DNA of 64,000 nt from NCBI RefSeq assembly GCF_003918875.1, contig NW_025767035.1, positions 2,666,001-2,730,000 on the forward strand, written 5' to 3'. Below, in pieces: positions 49,712 through 63,934 of this stretch (position 1 is the first letter of the stretch; each line of letters opens with the position of its first letter). The DNA is from Haliotis rubra. Its lineage: Eukaryota. The notes below the pieces were generated by a model that was not told the DNA's origin, searched no databases, and was given only the letters and a program-made list of their open reading frames with translations. Made by a program: the position numbers and the translations under genes.

Positions 49712-50511
49712 CAAATAGATAAACTTTACCTTTGTCCACCAGTAGTGGTAATCAGGTGACTGAGAAGGTTCTTTTACTACTTGTCTATATACTTTTTAGT
49801 AATTGTTTATACCTATTTCTCAGCTTAACAAAGCTCGAGTGTTTTTCACAAACAGACTTCTTGATGACCAGATTCGCCGCCAATTCAATAAATACATATG
49901 ATAAACGCGGGACTGTTTGACATAGAACCGGAAAGCAAATAGGCATTTCTGAGGCTTAGACTAATAACAGGAATGCAAGTGACCACCACATGCAATTAGT
50001 GACCACTGCAGAACTTCTGCGAGAGCCAGACTCTCGGGTCTTCCCAGTCTTCAAACGACAACGTATCCAGTAATGAAAGTCTGCATCTTCGTGGTCTTGG
50101 GAAATAGAATTAGGAGGTCAGGCTGACATCCAGTTAATGATTGTCGACACATGACTAGCTACCGCCAGTTTCCGACCACGACCTGTGTCTGTTTGTCCAT
50201 CTGTCCATCTGGATGGATTAGGAGTCTCCTGGGATGCCAGACATACTCGGATTAAGCCCCATCGGACTTACCAGCCTGTTGCTATTTCAGGAATTAATAT
50301 ACACCAAAGGCAACGTTCATCGGAACTGGAAAACCATGTCTGGGGTCGTCATGAAATTGTTGTCAAGGCTGCGGTCAGCATTATTGCAGCTACGCGATGA
50401 CCGAGCATAATTACGTCTGGACACTGCTAGCATCAGGTAGCATTGGCCGCAGGGTGAGATGACACACAAGCCTGGTTACATGACCAATTTGGTAGAGTAC
50501 TGAGGTCCCTG

Positions 50512-50617
50512 GGCCCGGTACACAAAGTGGTCGTAGCGTCGGGGTAATCATAACTCCCATTCTTTAACCTATGCTTACGATCATCTTAGCGCTAAGGTCG
50601 TTTCGTGAAACAGGGCC
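50512..50617. mobile_element. Harbinger-like palindromic MITE related to 163-269
   Basis: GGCCC...GGGCC termini with an exact CTG TSD. Shares the TTAGCGCTAAG and CTTACGA core with the other copies. Confidence 0.7.
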
Positions 50618-50991
50618 CTGTTCTAGTCCTGATCCCGACGCTCTATCACGTGGTTGAGGAGTTGAGGGAGTAGTGCTAAACTTCGCTTTGAGCAGTATTC
50701 AAGGTATATGATGACGGTTAACATACAGTAGTACTAGCAAATATATAACACAGTATATTATGGTTATCGTGATTATTGTGATGAATTTATATGAATAATG
50801 AAAATATATTCGCTCTTGGACTCATTAATGCCATTGTGACTTCAAGGATGGAGTTATCTGAGCATTTAAAATTCATGAGTTGATCTCTCTGATCGATCAC
50901 ATATTGCTGTTAAGCGGGCGCTGTACTGCTGACAACACAGAGGCCTCACTCACTACAGACACCCACCCATCCACACACACACGCACGCCCC

Positions 50992-51128
50992 NNNNNNNNN
51001 NNNNNNNNNNNNNNNNNNNNNNNNNNNNNNNNNNNNNNNNNNNNNNNNNNNNNNNNNNNNNNNNNNNNNNNNNNNNNNNNNNNNNNNNNNNNNNNNNNNN
51101 NNNNNNNNNNNNNNNNNNNNNNNNNNNN
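50992..51128. other. Assembly gap
   Basis: Run of N. Confidence 1.
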
Positions 51129-52191
51129 ACCACTCACTCGTCAATTCTTCGCTAGGCACATGAATCGATATGATAAAGTAATGATTTCTTTTTATGGTAT
51201 CGCCTTTAAAATACTGAAAATATTTAAGGTCTCAAATGACTATAACCACTTTTAAAGTCTTATAGGACTACGCACCACAAGTGTCTCCTTCTGTAGATAG
51301 TGAAGGAAAGAAATATGTGGTGGCGCAAGGAATACCATGGCAGCAGTAATACTATCAGATGACCGCTGTCGGCTACCGTGACTATCTTTATACAAACATT
51401 TGCTTTATTCTTCAAGATAAGACGGGCGTAGTAATTAGGCCGATGTTATTCCACCCACGTCAGGAATTGGTGTGGGGACGACTTCAGAAGCTGGCATCAC
51501 GGCAACTACACATCCCCCGCAAGATGAAGAAGGACAATAATCACTGAACATTTGGCATCACGCCGAGACCCCCTCCCTTCTAATCCCCCCACCCCCAACC
51601 TCCACCCCTCTCAATTCACCATACAGACACACATACACACACCTTCTTGATTAACCCTTCCCCTCACATCAACTTCAATTCATTGTACCGCCAATGAACT
51701 ATGTATCTTAACGTAAGAGGGTAATGAAAACACACGATGATTTAGGGGAAGGACGGTCTATTTGGGGGTCCTAAAACGCATTTCATGACAGTGGGTTGTG
51801 GCAAGCAGACACCTCAAAGGGATTGGCCACTTGCTGTGAATGTATTGGTACAGGATTGAGACAAGATCGATATGGGACCTTCCCACTTACTCTATGGCAC
51901 TGATGGCTCCAGTCGGACGCGATATACTGACCTCTGCAGGAGACTGCATTGTCGGCGAAAATATCGCCGCACGACATCGTCTACCAAAACATTCCTGTAT
52001 TTGCGCTGGTTCCTTACTTTTACTTTAACCATCCGTCATTTTGTTTATTTTTTTTCTGTTCTTATGACAATAAAACTTCTGGTCGTCATTTTGAACTGTC
52101 TGTGTGAGACCATTTTGCGTGGTAAAAAAATCAGGAAGCAAACAAAACTATACTTGTGTCCAATAAATGTGGCTTGTAGGAAATTGTTTGA

Positions 52192-55100
52192 ACTGTTGGA
52201 CCTTCTCATGGCTAGGGTCTAGTTTGGGCTGTTAGACCACCTCATGGCTAGGGTCTAGTTTGGGCTGTTAGACCACCTCATGGCTAGGGTCTAGTTTGGG
52301 CTGTTAGACCACCTCATGGCTAGGGTCTAGTTTGGGCTGTTAGACCTCCTCATGGCTAGGGTCTAGTTTGGGCTGTTAGACCACCTCATGGTTAGGGTCG
52401 TTTCTTGACTGTTAGACCTCCTCATGGCTAGGGTCTAGTTTGGGCTGTTAGACCACCTCATGGCTAGGATCATTTCATGACTGTTGGACCACCTCATGGC
52501 TAGGGTCTAGTTTGGGCTGTTAGACCTCCTCATGGCTAGGGTCTAGTTTGGGCTGTTAGACCACCTCATGGCTAGGATCATTTCTTGACTGTTAGACCTC
52601 CTCATGGCTAGGGTCTAGTTTGGGCTGTTAGACCACCTCATGGCTAGGATCATTTCTTGACTGTTGGACCTTCTCATGGCTAGGGTCTAGTTTGGGCTGT
52701 TAGACCTCCTCATGGCTAGGGTCTAGTTTGGGCTGTTAGACCACCTCATGGCTAGGGTCTAGTTTCGGCTGTTAGACCACCTCATGGCTAGGGTCTAGTT
52801 TGGGCTGTTAGACCACCTCATGGCTAGGGTTTAGTTTGGGCTGTTAGACCTCCTCATGGCTAGGGTCTAGTTTGGGCTGTTAGACCACCTCATGGTTAGG
52901 GTCGTTTCTTGACTGTTAGACCACCTCATGGCTAGGGTCTAGTTTGGGCTGTTAGACCACCTCATGGCTAGGATCATTTCATGACTGTTGGACCACCTCA
53001 TGGCTAGGGTCTAGTTTGGGCTGTTAGACCTCCTCATGGCTAGGGTCTAGTTTGGGTTGTTAGACCACCTCATGGCTAGGATCATTTCTTGACTGTTAGA
53101 CCTCCTCATGGCTAGGGTCTAGTTTGGGCTGTTAGACCACCTCATGGCTAGCATCATTTCTTGACTGTTGGACCTTCTCATGGCTAGGGTCTAGTTTGGG
53201 CTGTTAGACCTCCTCATGGCTAGGGTCTAGTTTGGGCTGTTAGACCACCTCATGGCTAGGATATTTTCTTGACTGTTGGACCTTCTCATGGCTAGGGTCT
53301 AGTTTGGGCTGTTAGACCACCTCATGGCTAGGGTCTAGTTTGGGCTGTTAGACCACCTCATGGCTAGGATCATTTCTTGACTGTTGGACCAACTCATGGC
53401 AAAGGTCTAGTTTGGGCTGTTAGACCTCCTCATGGCTAGGGTCTAGTTTGGGCTGTTAGACCACCTCATGGCTAGGATATTTTCTTGACTGTTGGACCTT
53501 CTCATGGCTAGGGTCTAGTTTGGGCTGTTAGACCACCTCATGGCTAGGGTCTAGTTTGGGCTGTTAGACCTCCTCATGGCTAGGGTCTAGTTTGGGCTGT
53601 TAGACCACCTCATGGCTAGGATCATTTCTTGACTGTTAGACCACCTCATGGCTAGGGTCTAGTTTGGGCTGTTAGACCTCCTCATGGCTAGGGTCTAGTT
53701 TGGGCTGTTAGACCACCTCATGGCTAGGATCATTTCTTGACTGTTAGACCTCCTCATGGCTAGGGTCTAGTTTGGGCTGTTAGACCACCTCATGGCTAGG
53801 ATCATTTCTTGACTGTTAGACCACCTCATGGCTAGGGTCTAGTTTGGGCTGTTAGACCTCCTCATGGCTAGGGTCTAGTTTGGGCTGTTAGACCACCTCA
53901 TGGCTAGGATCATTTCTTGACTGTTAGACCTCCTCATGGCTAGGGTCTAGTTTGGGCTGTTAGACCTCCTCATGGCTAGGGTCTAGTTTGGGCTGTTAGA
54001 CCACCTGATGGCGAGGATCGTTTCTTGACTGTTGGACCTCCTCATGGCTAGGGTCTAGTTTGGGCTGTTAGACCACCTCATGGCTAGGATCATTTCTTGA
54101 CTTTTGGACTACCTCATGGCTAGGGTCTAGTTTGGGCTGTTAGACCACCTCATGGTTAGGGTCTAGTTTGGGCTGTTAGACCACCTCATGGCAGGGACAT
54201 TTCTTGACTGTTAGACCTCCTCATGGCTAGGGTCTAGTTTGGGCTGTTAGACCTCCTCATGGCTAGGGTCTAGTTTGGGCTGTTAGACCACCTCATGGCT
54301 AGGATCATTTCTTGACTGTTGGACCTCCTCCTCACGACTACAGTCTTGTTTGGACTGTTAGACCACCTCAAATCAGGGTCTTGTCTTGACTGCTGGATCA
54401 CCCCAGGGCCAGGGACTAGTCTTGACTGTTAGTCCATCTCTCGGCCAGGGTCTAGTCTTAACTGTTAGTCCATCTCTCGGCCAGGGTCTAGTCTTGACTG
54501 TTGGAATACCTCAAATCAGGGTCTTGTCAGGACTGTTGGTCCATCTCCCGGCCAGGGTCTAGTCTTGACTGTTGGTCCATCTCACGGCCAGGGTCTAGTC
54601 TTGACTGTTGGAACACCTCAAATCAGGGTCTTGTCTTGACTGTTGGTTAGTCTTTCGACCAGGGTCTTGTCTTGACTGTTGGAACACCTCAAATCAGGGT
54701 CTTGTCTTGACTGTTGGTTAGTCTTCCGACCAGGGTCTTGTCTTGACTGTTGGACCACCTCAAATCAGGGTCTTGTCTTGACTGTTGGTCCATTTCACGG
54801 CTAGGGTCTAGTCTTGCCTGTTGATACACCTCACGGCCAGGGTCTAGTCTTGACTGTTGATACACCCCACGGCCAGGATGTAGTCTTGCCTGTTGGTACA
54901 CCCCATGGCCAGGGTCTAGTCTTGACTGTTGGTACACCTCAAATCAGGGTCTTGTCTTGACTGTTGGTTAGTCTCCCGACCAGGGTCTTGTCTTGACTGT
55001 TGGACCACCTCAAATCAGGGTCTTGTCTTGACTGTTGGTTAGTCTTCCGACCAGGGTCTAGTCTTGACTGTTGGAACACCTCAAATCAGGGTCTTGTCAG

Positions 55101-56830
55101 GACTGTTGGTCTATCTCACGGCCAGGGTCTGGTCTTGACTGCTGGATCATCCCACGGCCAGGGTCTGGTCTTGACTGTTGGAATACCTCAAATCAGGGTC
55201 TTGTCAGGACTGTTGGTCCATCTCCCGGCCAGGGTCTAGTCTTGACTGTTGGTCCATCTCACGGCCAGGGTCTAGTCTTGACTGTTGGAACACCTCAAAT
55301 CAGGGTCTTGTCAGGACTGTTGGTCCATCTCCCGGCCAGGGTCTGGTTTTGACTGCTGGATCATCCCACGGCCAGGGTCTGGTCTTGACTGTTGGAATAC
55401 CTCAAATCAGGGTCTTGTCAGGACTGTTGGTCCATCTCCCGGCCAGGGTCTAGTCTTGACTGTTGGTCCATCTCACGGCCAGGGTCTAGTCTTGACTGTT
55501 GGAACACCTCAAATCAGGGTCTTGTCATGACTGTTGGTCCATCTCCCGGCCAGGGTCTTGTCTTGACTGCTGGATCATCCCACGGCCAGGGTCTGGTCTT
55601 GACTGTTGGAATACCTCAAATCAAGGTCTAGTCTTGACTGTTGGTCAGTCTCCCGACCAGGGTATTGTCTTGACTGTTGGACCACTTCAAATCCGGGTCT
55701 TGTCTTGACTGTTGGATCACCCCACGGCTAGGGTCTAGTCTTGACTGTTGGTCCATCTCCCGGCCAGGGTCTAGTCTTGACTGTTGGTCCATCTCACGGC
55801 CAGGGTCAAGTCTTGACTGTTGGTCCATCTCACGGCCAGGGTCTAGTCTTGACTGTTGGACCACCTCAAATCAGGGTCTTGTCTTGACTGTTGGTTAGTC
55901 TTCCGACCAGGGTCTTGTCTTGACTGTTGGACCACCTCAAATCAGGGTCTTGTCTTGACTGTTGGTTAGTCTTCCGACCAGGGTCTTGTCTTGACTGTTG
56001 GACCACCTCAAATCAGGGTCTTGTCTTGACTGTTGGTTAGTCTTCCGACCAGGGTCTTGTCTTGACTGTTAGACCACCTCAAATCAGGGTCTTGTCTTGA
56101 CTGTTGGTTAGTCTTCCGACCAGGGTCTTGTCTTGACTGTTGGACCACCTCAAATCAGGGTCTTGTCTTGACTGTTGGTTAGTCTCCCGACCAGGGTCTT
56201 GTCTTGTCTGTTGGACCACCTCAAATCAGGGTCTTGTCTTGACTGTTGGTCCATCTCCCGACCAGGGTCTTGTCTTGACTGTTGGACCACCTCAAATCAG
56301 GGTCTTGTCTTGACTGTTGGTTAGTCTTCCGACCAGGGTCTTGTCTTGACTGTTGGACCACCTCAAATCAGGGTCTTGTCAGGACTGTTGGTCCATTTCA
56401 CGGCTAGGGTCTAGTCTTGCCTGTTGATACACCTCACGGCCAGGGTCTAGTCTTGACTGTTGAAACACCCCACGGCCAGGATCTAGTCTTGCCTTTTGGT
56501 ACACCCCATGGCCAGGGTCTAGTCTTGCCTGTTGATACATCCCACGGCTGGGGTCTAGTCTTGCCTGTTGGTACACCCCATGGCCAGGGTCTAGTCTTGA
56601 CTGTTGATACACCTCACCGCCAGGGTCTTGTCTTGACTGTTGATACACCTCACGGCCAGGGTCTAGTCTTGACTGTTGATACACCTCACGGCCAGGATCT
56701 AGTCTTGACGGTTGGGACACCCCACGGCCAGGGTCTAGTCTTGACTGTTGGTACACCCCACGGCCAGGATCTAGTCTTGAATGTTGGTCCGTCTATCGGC
56801 CAGGGTCTAGTCTTGACTATTGGATCCCCT
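52192..56830. repeat. 4.6-kb 35/36-bp minisatellite with several sub-domains
   Basis: GACCACCTCATGGCTAGGGTCTAGTTTGGGCTGTTA to ~54350, then GTCCATCTCACGGCCAGGGTCTAGTCTTGACTGTTG and GACCACCTCAAATCAGGGTCTTGTCTTGACTGTTG variants. Confidence 0.95.
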
Positions 56831-57391
56831 CGCGGGCATATTAACGAATTTCAGAGATTCCTCGTGGGCAGATTAGATATGGAAATTACAGATTTTCTGC
56901 GTAGGTTCAGATGTCTTCACCTAAAGCTGGAAGTTACATTGACCTGGATCTGCTTAATCGGAGCTGGATGGCCGATGTAACAAAGTCAGTTTATACATCA
57001 TTTGCTGGGTATCCCTTGTTTAACCCGGAGCGCTTATCTAGAGCACATGAAGATCCTCCCTCCACTGATAGAACTCATTCCTCATGGATATCACCTTAAA
57101 GGTGTTTATTCATCATATTATATAGTAAAATCGAAGGTGAGGCGGAAGTTTGCGCTCAAGGCAATTCCCTTAAAACGGTTTTTCGCACGAAATGGTGTGT
57201 ACTGTATTGACGCATTTGTACGCCTCTGCCATTTGTATGTCAATTACTTCTGTAAGGAGGTAAAGTCAATTTTGTTCTACAGATAATTCTAGTTCTTAAT
57301 TTCACAAAGCCATCTAAACGCAACGGGCATCCCCAACAATCTAAGATAGTGATGTGATAGAGTTTGTTCTAGTCACACTTCTCCAAACTAA

Positions 57392-57558
57392 GGGGCGGTG
57401 GGGTAGCCAAGTGGTTAAAGCGTTCGCTCGTCACGCCGAAGAGCCGTGTTCGATTCCCAACATGGGTACAATGTGTGAAGTCCATTTCTGGTGTCCCCGG
57501 CCGTAATATTGCTGGAATATTTCTAAAAGCAGCGTAACACTAAACTCACTCACTCACT
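57392..57558 (+). mobile_element. SINE family A
   Basis: Full length, TSD TCTCCAAAC. Confidence 0.9.
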
Positions 57559-58291
57559 CTCCAAACATATAACTGAATAGCACGTGTATGGTAATGGCGA
57601 TGTGAGTCATAGCTGCCTACCTCGGGGTTGAAATATATTACTCATGACAGAACTGGCGTTGAAGACAACATAAACTGTCTAAAACTGAATTTACTAAGTA
57701 GAACGTCCACGCCTACTATAAGTCGAGGAGTTACAATAACATCTGTTATTTACTCAGCGTGAACAACTCCGTTGAACCGGTAGACTGCTGTCTCACTGGA
57801 TATCACACACGACATCTTAATCTGTAGCTTCAGTATGGTTTTACAAGATTATTGTATTACCTGCACTTGATACCCTTTGTAACTTTGGCTTTATCACACA
57901 ATGTTCTATCCGATCTTGTATTGGCGTTGTTATCCAATCAGATTTAACACGAAAACGTAATTTAGGAGATCACATTTCGTTTCTGAGTTTACATCAAACA
58001 ATGTAGATTCTATATTCAGGCAACCGTACTGCAAGGAAAGCTACTATTTTAAATTTCAATTTACGTTCTGTGACATATTTCTAACAAAACGATGACCCGC
58101 TTAACAAAAGGAAGGTCACTTTCAGCTACTTTCAATCACAATTCGTTCTCAAACCAAACTGGCGACTGAGAGAAATTTGAATTTGACAGTGGAGCAAGAA
58201 AGTTGTGACTGTATCAACTGGGATATGGCAGCTAGCATCCCTGCATCCTCAGTCTGCTCCTCAACTTCAAAGCAGTTTTCATCTATCCCGT

Positions 58292-58464
58292 GGGGCAGTG
58301 GGGTAGCCTGATGGTTAAAGCGTTCGCTCGTCACGCCGAAGACCCGGGTTCGATTCCCCACATGGGTACAATGTGTGAAGCTCATTTCTGGTGTCCCCGG
58401 CGGGGATATTGCTGGAATATTGCTAAAAGCGGCGTAAAACCAAACTCACTCACTCACTCACTCA
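58292..58464 (+). mobile_element. SINE family A
   Basis: Full length, TSD TATCCCGTG. Confidence 0.9.
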
Positions 58465-60009
58465 TTATCCCGTGTGTAGATAACGTTATCTGTCAATGCA
58501 CGGATGTGAGACTTTTGGCTTTTAATTCCGTTTCAATAAGGGCAATAAACAGGGCTCAACCTTCCGACACAATGAAACTAATGATGCAATTTTAGGTGAT
58601 GCTGTCAGCCTCCAGAACATACTTGTACTTCCAGCGTAACAAACCTGCTCCGCGTCACGTAGGCAGACCCAGTCCACGCTGTCTCGTTCTCATTAGAGAA
58701 CTAAACTTAGATGAACACCTTTCTGAAGATGAACAAGATGAGTTAAGTCGATAACAAATACAGATTTGCTTGCCGTGAAGGTAACGACGTTGGTCCATTG
58801 GTGGCGTCGTATAACCAAATTAGATTCCAGCCCACGGATTTCGACCACAGCATGTTTGCCGTATACGGTCCAGATCCGTTGATGTCGTCGATCCATAAAT
58901 TGATTTTTACGCGTTATTTGTCGTTAATCTGCTGGTCGACACTTGTCGTCAATGGGGTTATATGCATAAACGTTCATGAACAAACTGTTATGACGACATT
59001 ACGGATGAGGAAGGTGCGAGTACAGCGTCTGATGAGAGGGCGAGTGGGAGGCCATTCTGAACAAACAAGGCGTAAATAATTGTGTTACATTCAATGAGAA
59101 AGGACCAAGATACGGCGCTGCCGAACAAGTCTATTTACAGTGTAACGATCAGCATTCTCTGATATAGAAAGTTATTTGCCGACTTTTCGGTGCGTTCGTA
59201 ATGAATAATTGCAAGTGGTTTGAACCTTCCTGGTTTGGGTTCGTTATACTTAGGATCAAATCGTGATTGAAGGGCGACAACCCACTGTGCAGAGTTGTGT
59301 TCCCTTGTTGGCATGTTTGACTGCTTGCCGGGTTCAATGTAATGATTGTTTCAGCACCAAATTAATACGGCGGGTTTCAAAACAATAGAAGACGTTTATA
59401 GCCCACGTTCCTCGGCAGAAAATAGGCAGTTTATACGGACAGAAGGTGAAATGATATTTGTAGTATCATTAACTTCCAATCATGCAGCAATTGATTAAAT
59501 TTATTAAGTTTCCAGCCTTTGAAAACTCATTAAAACATACCCATTTTAAAACACCTCATGTTTATGGCATTTTGTCTGTTATGCTATTTCAAAATCCTTC
59601 TTTCATGCAGGTACCACAGCATCGAATCGACTTGAGACCACGATTTAGTGGTTGACGACATCAGCCAACGGTGGTTTATTTATTTTGTGCCGCTAATTTG
59701 AAGCCGTGCATTTTTAAATCAATGAATTAACAGTATTCAAGGTTATATTAGAGAGAACGGTTTGTGTTTTGGACAAAGTATGTAAGATAGGGCAGCGCCA
59801 TTTGGCTGTTACACCTTTGTATCTGCCCCGATGTTTCTCAGTAGGATCAAATATAATGGAAGCATAAAGGTCCTTTAGCCTAACTAATCATAACAATTAT
59901 TAAATTTAGAAACAAATTTGAAATATTGACGTGAAAATAATCATTGGATACTGGTATTTGTTCTTTTTGATACTGATGTTTGTGATATTTGGCCCTTTAG
60001 AAACACCGC

Positions 60010-60171
60010 GTGGCAGTGGGGTAGCCGAGTGGTTAAAGCGTTCGCTCGTCACGTCGAAAAGGCGGGCTCGATTCTCCAAATGTGTAAAATGTGTGAAGCC
60101 CTTTTCTGGTGTCCCGCGCCGTGGCATTGCTGCAATATTGCCAATAGCGGCGTAAAACCATACTCACTCAC
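60010..60171 (+). mobile_element. SINE family A, diverged copy (a more decayed copy follows at ~60241-60380)
   Basis: Family match with a CTTTAGA flanking repeat. Confidence 0.8.
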
Positions 60172-60951
60172 TTTAGATACAGCAGCTCTAACTGTGTAAA
60201 CAAACTTGAACCTATCGGTCAGGTGACAAGGGTCCTTTATGGGGAGGTTAGGTAGTCAGGTGGTTAAATGTCCACTCACCACGTGAAATGGTTTTATTCT
60301 CCATGTGGGCGCATTACGGGGAGACCAGACTTGGCTTTCCATGTCGTGATGTGATGGGTATTGTTAAAGATGGCGAAAAAAAAATAAAGAATCTATAAAA
60401 CAATTTACGCTTTCGCATGAGAAACCACATGAATTTTCATAAAACCTGTAGCAGCAATTGAGTCCACCAGCATTATTCCCACTTATGGTTTAATTTCACT
60501 TAAATCTTCCCAGCAAACCTCGTTAATGCTGCGGTCCGTCTGCCTTGTCGCGAATAGGTTAATAACATATTCATATTTCGCAATATTAAAGCCAATAACG
60601 TTGTTGAAACAATACACCTCAGTTCGCAGATGAGACATAAGGCGTTCGTTTCAAAACAAGCGGAATATTGTTTGATGCTGGTATCTCGCTACAGCCTAGG
60701 CATACTGAAGCGAGGTAATGAATACATGCACGTCCGTCTGCGTATCAAGTTCTTTATTAGAAAGTCAAGTTGCTACTGGACCTGACGAAACTATTTACAA
60801 TACAACAAGTATTTTCGTTACAGATGCTAAAACGATATCTCAGGGTTGGATGCGGGATTTTGGAGAAAATGGGTGGGTGGGGGTTGGGTGGGGTTGGGGG
60901 TAGGTGGTGCGCATAGTTCATGAAGTCCAAAGGTTAGGGGGAATGATCCTC

Positions 60952-61000
<49 letters not shown>

Positions 61001-63168
61001 CTGGATCCGCCCGATTGAAGGTCGTACGTGTAGGCCCTACTGGTATAGGGTTGGACACGCTTAGACGTTTCGAGAACACCCGGTGTCGTTACCTATTTTC
61101 AGTTATCGATATTTATCACAGCTCTTTTCCCTTGACACCAAACGGAGTCTGTTTCTGACTGTGTATCCTTTTGCGCTATATTATCTATCTTTCACTTTCA
61201 CTTATTCGACCGAGTTGTTCAAAACTAGCGGTTCTATGCTGATCTTTATATTGTTCGGATGTTCATGGAAAATGTTATTTTGTAGATTTATGTTTTCTGC
61301 ATACTTAGAAACAATGACAAAAGTCTACTGTTCTGGTAAAAAATAACGTTTTTCATTATAAACTTTGAATGTCAAATGTTTTGTTACTTTCAAGTATTTG
61401 AACCCTGATGTAGTGAATATATATTTGAGTGTCGTAAGCTGTAATTTATACGACCAGCTCACTATATGTTACATTTTTTATAGATATAAACTATTGCATG
61501 ATTGCTGCCGCTATCAATTCTAGTGACGTTCGCTATTACTTAGTGAAAAACAGTCGACATTGACAGAAATCATCGTTATTTTTATGACAGAAATAATCTA
61601 TCAGCGTTCTATTTCTCATTCCAAATGAAATGAAATACATGTCTGTAAAAAAGGATGCTTACATACTGAATGAAAAGACATGTTTCAGTATTCCGGAAGG
61701 GTTCTGGAAACCTTCAATATCCTTGATATGGAAAAATATTCACACGCAAACAGATGGGAATTCTCTGAAAGATCTGCCAACCGATACGAACACATTCCGG
61801 ATTTTAATATTCCGAAAAAAGAGAGTCGACTTTTCATGTTGTGCTTTTGATAATATGGATATCAACCATACATACATGTGCTATCATAATATCCAAATAT
61901 GTACCATGAGTGAGTGAGTGAGTTGGTTTAATGCCAATTAAGCAGTGTTTCAGTACTACGACCTGTCAATGTAAGACGAACGCCGACAGTTTGGTAGCAT
62001 AAGACAATCAATTTATCATTTGGGTAAAAACCAAGAGCACGAAAACTGTGCTGATAACCCAAGGTTCATAATCAGAATGAATCTGGGATTCGAACTCACG
62101 ATCAGCGGATCCTGCCACGGACTACATGAACGGGAGGCTGAGGTCATTCTGTACATGAAAGTACAGTTCGAAATAAATTCAGATTATAGAGCCAGGACGG
62201 ATGCTAGTATTGCATCCCCGAGGGATATGGAAGCGACTAAGCGTGTATAATCTTGTATCCAGTCATTACGTTAAAGCGCGGACGTATCGGCTTATGGTAT
62301 TCACTTTATGAAACAAAAAACAAGACCAGAATATTTCTGAATTACAAAATCGATATATAGACTGCAATTACTTGCTGAGAGCTGTTGAAACAATTATTTA
62401 AAATATTACGATTATTCGTTAGAGGTTATATAGGGAACCAACAATCTATAAATCACACATTTCCACACAGGAACCTCATGTAAGGACAATCCAAAGTGGC
62501 AGGCTTAAAATTAGAATTCGCTCGCCTGTGTTATTCTAAGAATTAGTGAGCATTTCAGCTGAAAAAGTATCCATTTTTTTATTCGTCATGAGTGTTGGAT
62601 AGTATTGAAAACGTCCACGTGGGATCGATGGATTAAAGGAGCCAGGGGCGTTGAACACAGTGATTCGAGATGGACTCATTGTTACAGAGCGCACGACTGC
62701 TTTTGCAGATATAGTGAAATTGCGAGAAAATTGGATCACTCACCGAACTGCATGAAGCGTCGGTGCTGTAACACAGGCTATGGGTAAACACAACGACGGT
62801 TCTGTAACGCGAAATTGAATTTCCACCAGTTGCCACACTAAATTAAAAACTGATGGAATGTGTTATAGAAACACGTTGAACTTGTGTAATGTACTGAGTC
62901 ACTGCCGAGAGGATGTCACGCTACAGAGACAGTCTATATACCGAGACCGGGTCGCCGGTTTAACGTACCTAGGGATGGCTGAACTTTACGACAGTGGGCC
63001 CGATTCCCAAATAGCCGCGAATTATTAGCTGCAATATTGCTGATGTGGCTTTAAGCAGCATTTACTCACTCACTCGATTCTCAGATTCCATCCGAGTGTT
63101 TGTTGGTTCGTCAGCAACATACACGTGTTTGTTAAAGGTCCACGAATCAGTTCGGGATTTCAACCCAC

Positions 63169-63500
63169 CATTGGCGGATCCAGAGGGTCGGGGTGGTGTG
63201 GTGTGTGTGTGTGTTCAGGGCTTCGACCCCCTTGGAAAATGACCCCATTCAAAGATTTTTTGCGTTCAATGGGTCCGCCCATGCCACATCAGACAGCCGA
63301 CTTTGTACAGTGGTACTNNNNNNNNNNNNNNNNNNNNNNNNNNNNNNNNNNNNNNNNNNNNNNNNNNNNNNNNNNNNNNNNNNNNNNNNNNNNNNNNNNN
63401 NNNNNNNNNNNNNNNNNNNNNNNNNNNNNNNNNNNNNNNNNNNNNNNNNNNNNNNNNNNNNNNNNNACTCCCCCTCCTCAGATTCCTGGATCGGCTCCTG
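63169..63500. mobile_element. hAT-like MITE spanning an assembly gap (related termini at ~27585-27604 and ~60841-61017)
   Basis: CATTGGCGGATCCAG...CCTGGATCGGCTCCTG termini. No clear TSD. Confidence 0.45.
63318..63466. other. Assembly gap
   Basis: Run of N. Confidence 1.
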
Positions 63501-63934
63501 ATGTTGGATATGTGTCTGCAGCAGTTAGACCTAACTCCATCAGCATCCACGTGGACATGGCGTCAACTTAAACATTGACACTCCTTCTTTTAGCACTGTT
63601 AACAGGTGGGCAGCGGCGTTCAAGAGGGGATGAGAGAGCCTTGAAGATGACCCATGATCAGGAACACCTTCAACTGCAACCACTAATGACAATACTGATA
63701 CAGCGCATGATATGATCATGGATAATTAACGACTCACAGCACGGCAAAGGTCTCCTGATGAGAAACTATCCAGGTTTATTATCTCTCGTGAGAATGTAGG
63801 CAGGTCAGAAGCAGACCCGGCGGGTTGTGTGCAGCGATTTGTATTTCTCATGAGAGACTTGAGAACATGCCGAGGGAAGAAATGGGCAATACAAAGGTTT
63901 CAGAACGTTGGGTTGCAAGACAGCTGACTCCTGG

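Noticed and set aside
63750-63775. CTGATGAGAAAC as a hammerhead ribozyme (similar at 1491 and ~38815 minus)
   Set aside because: No stem II or flanking stems, and the 38815 site lacks GAAA.
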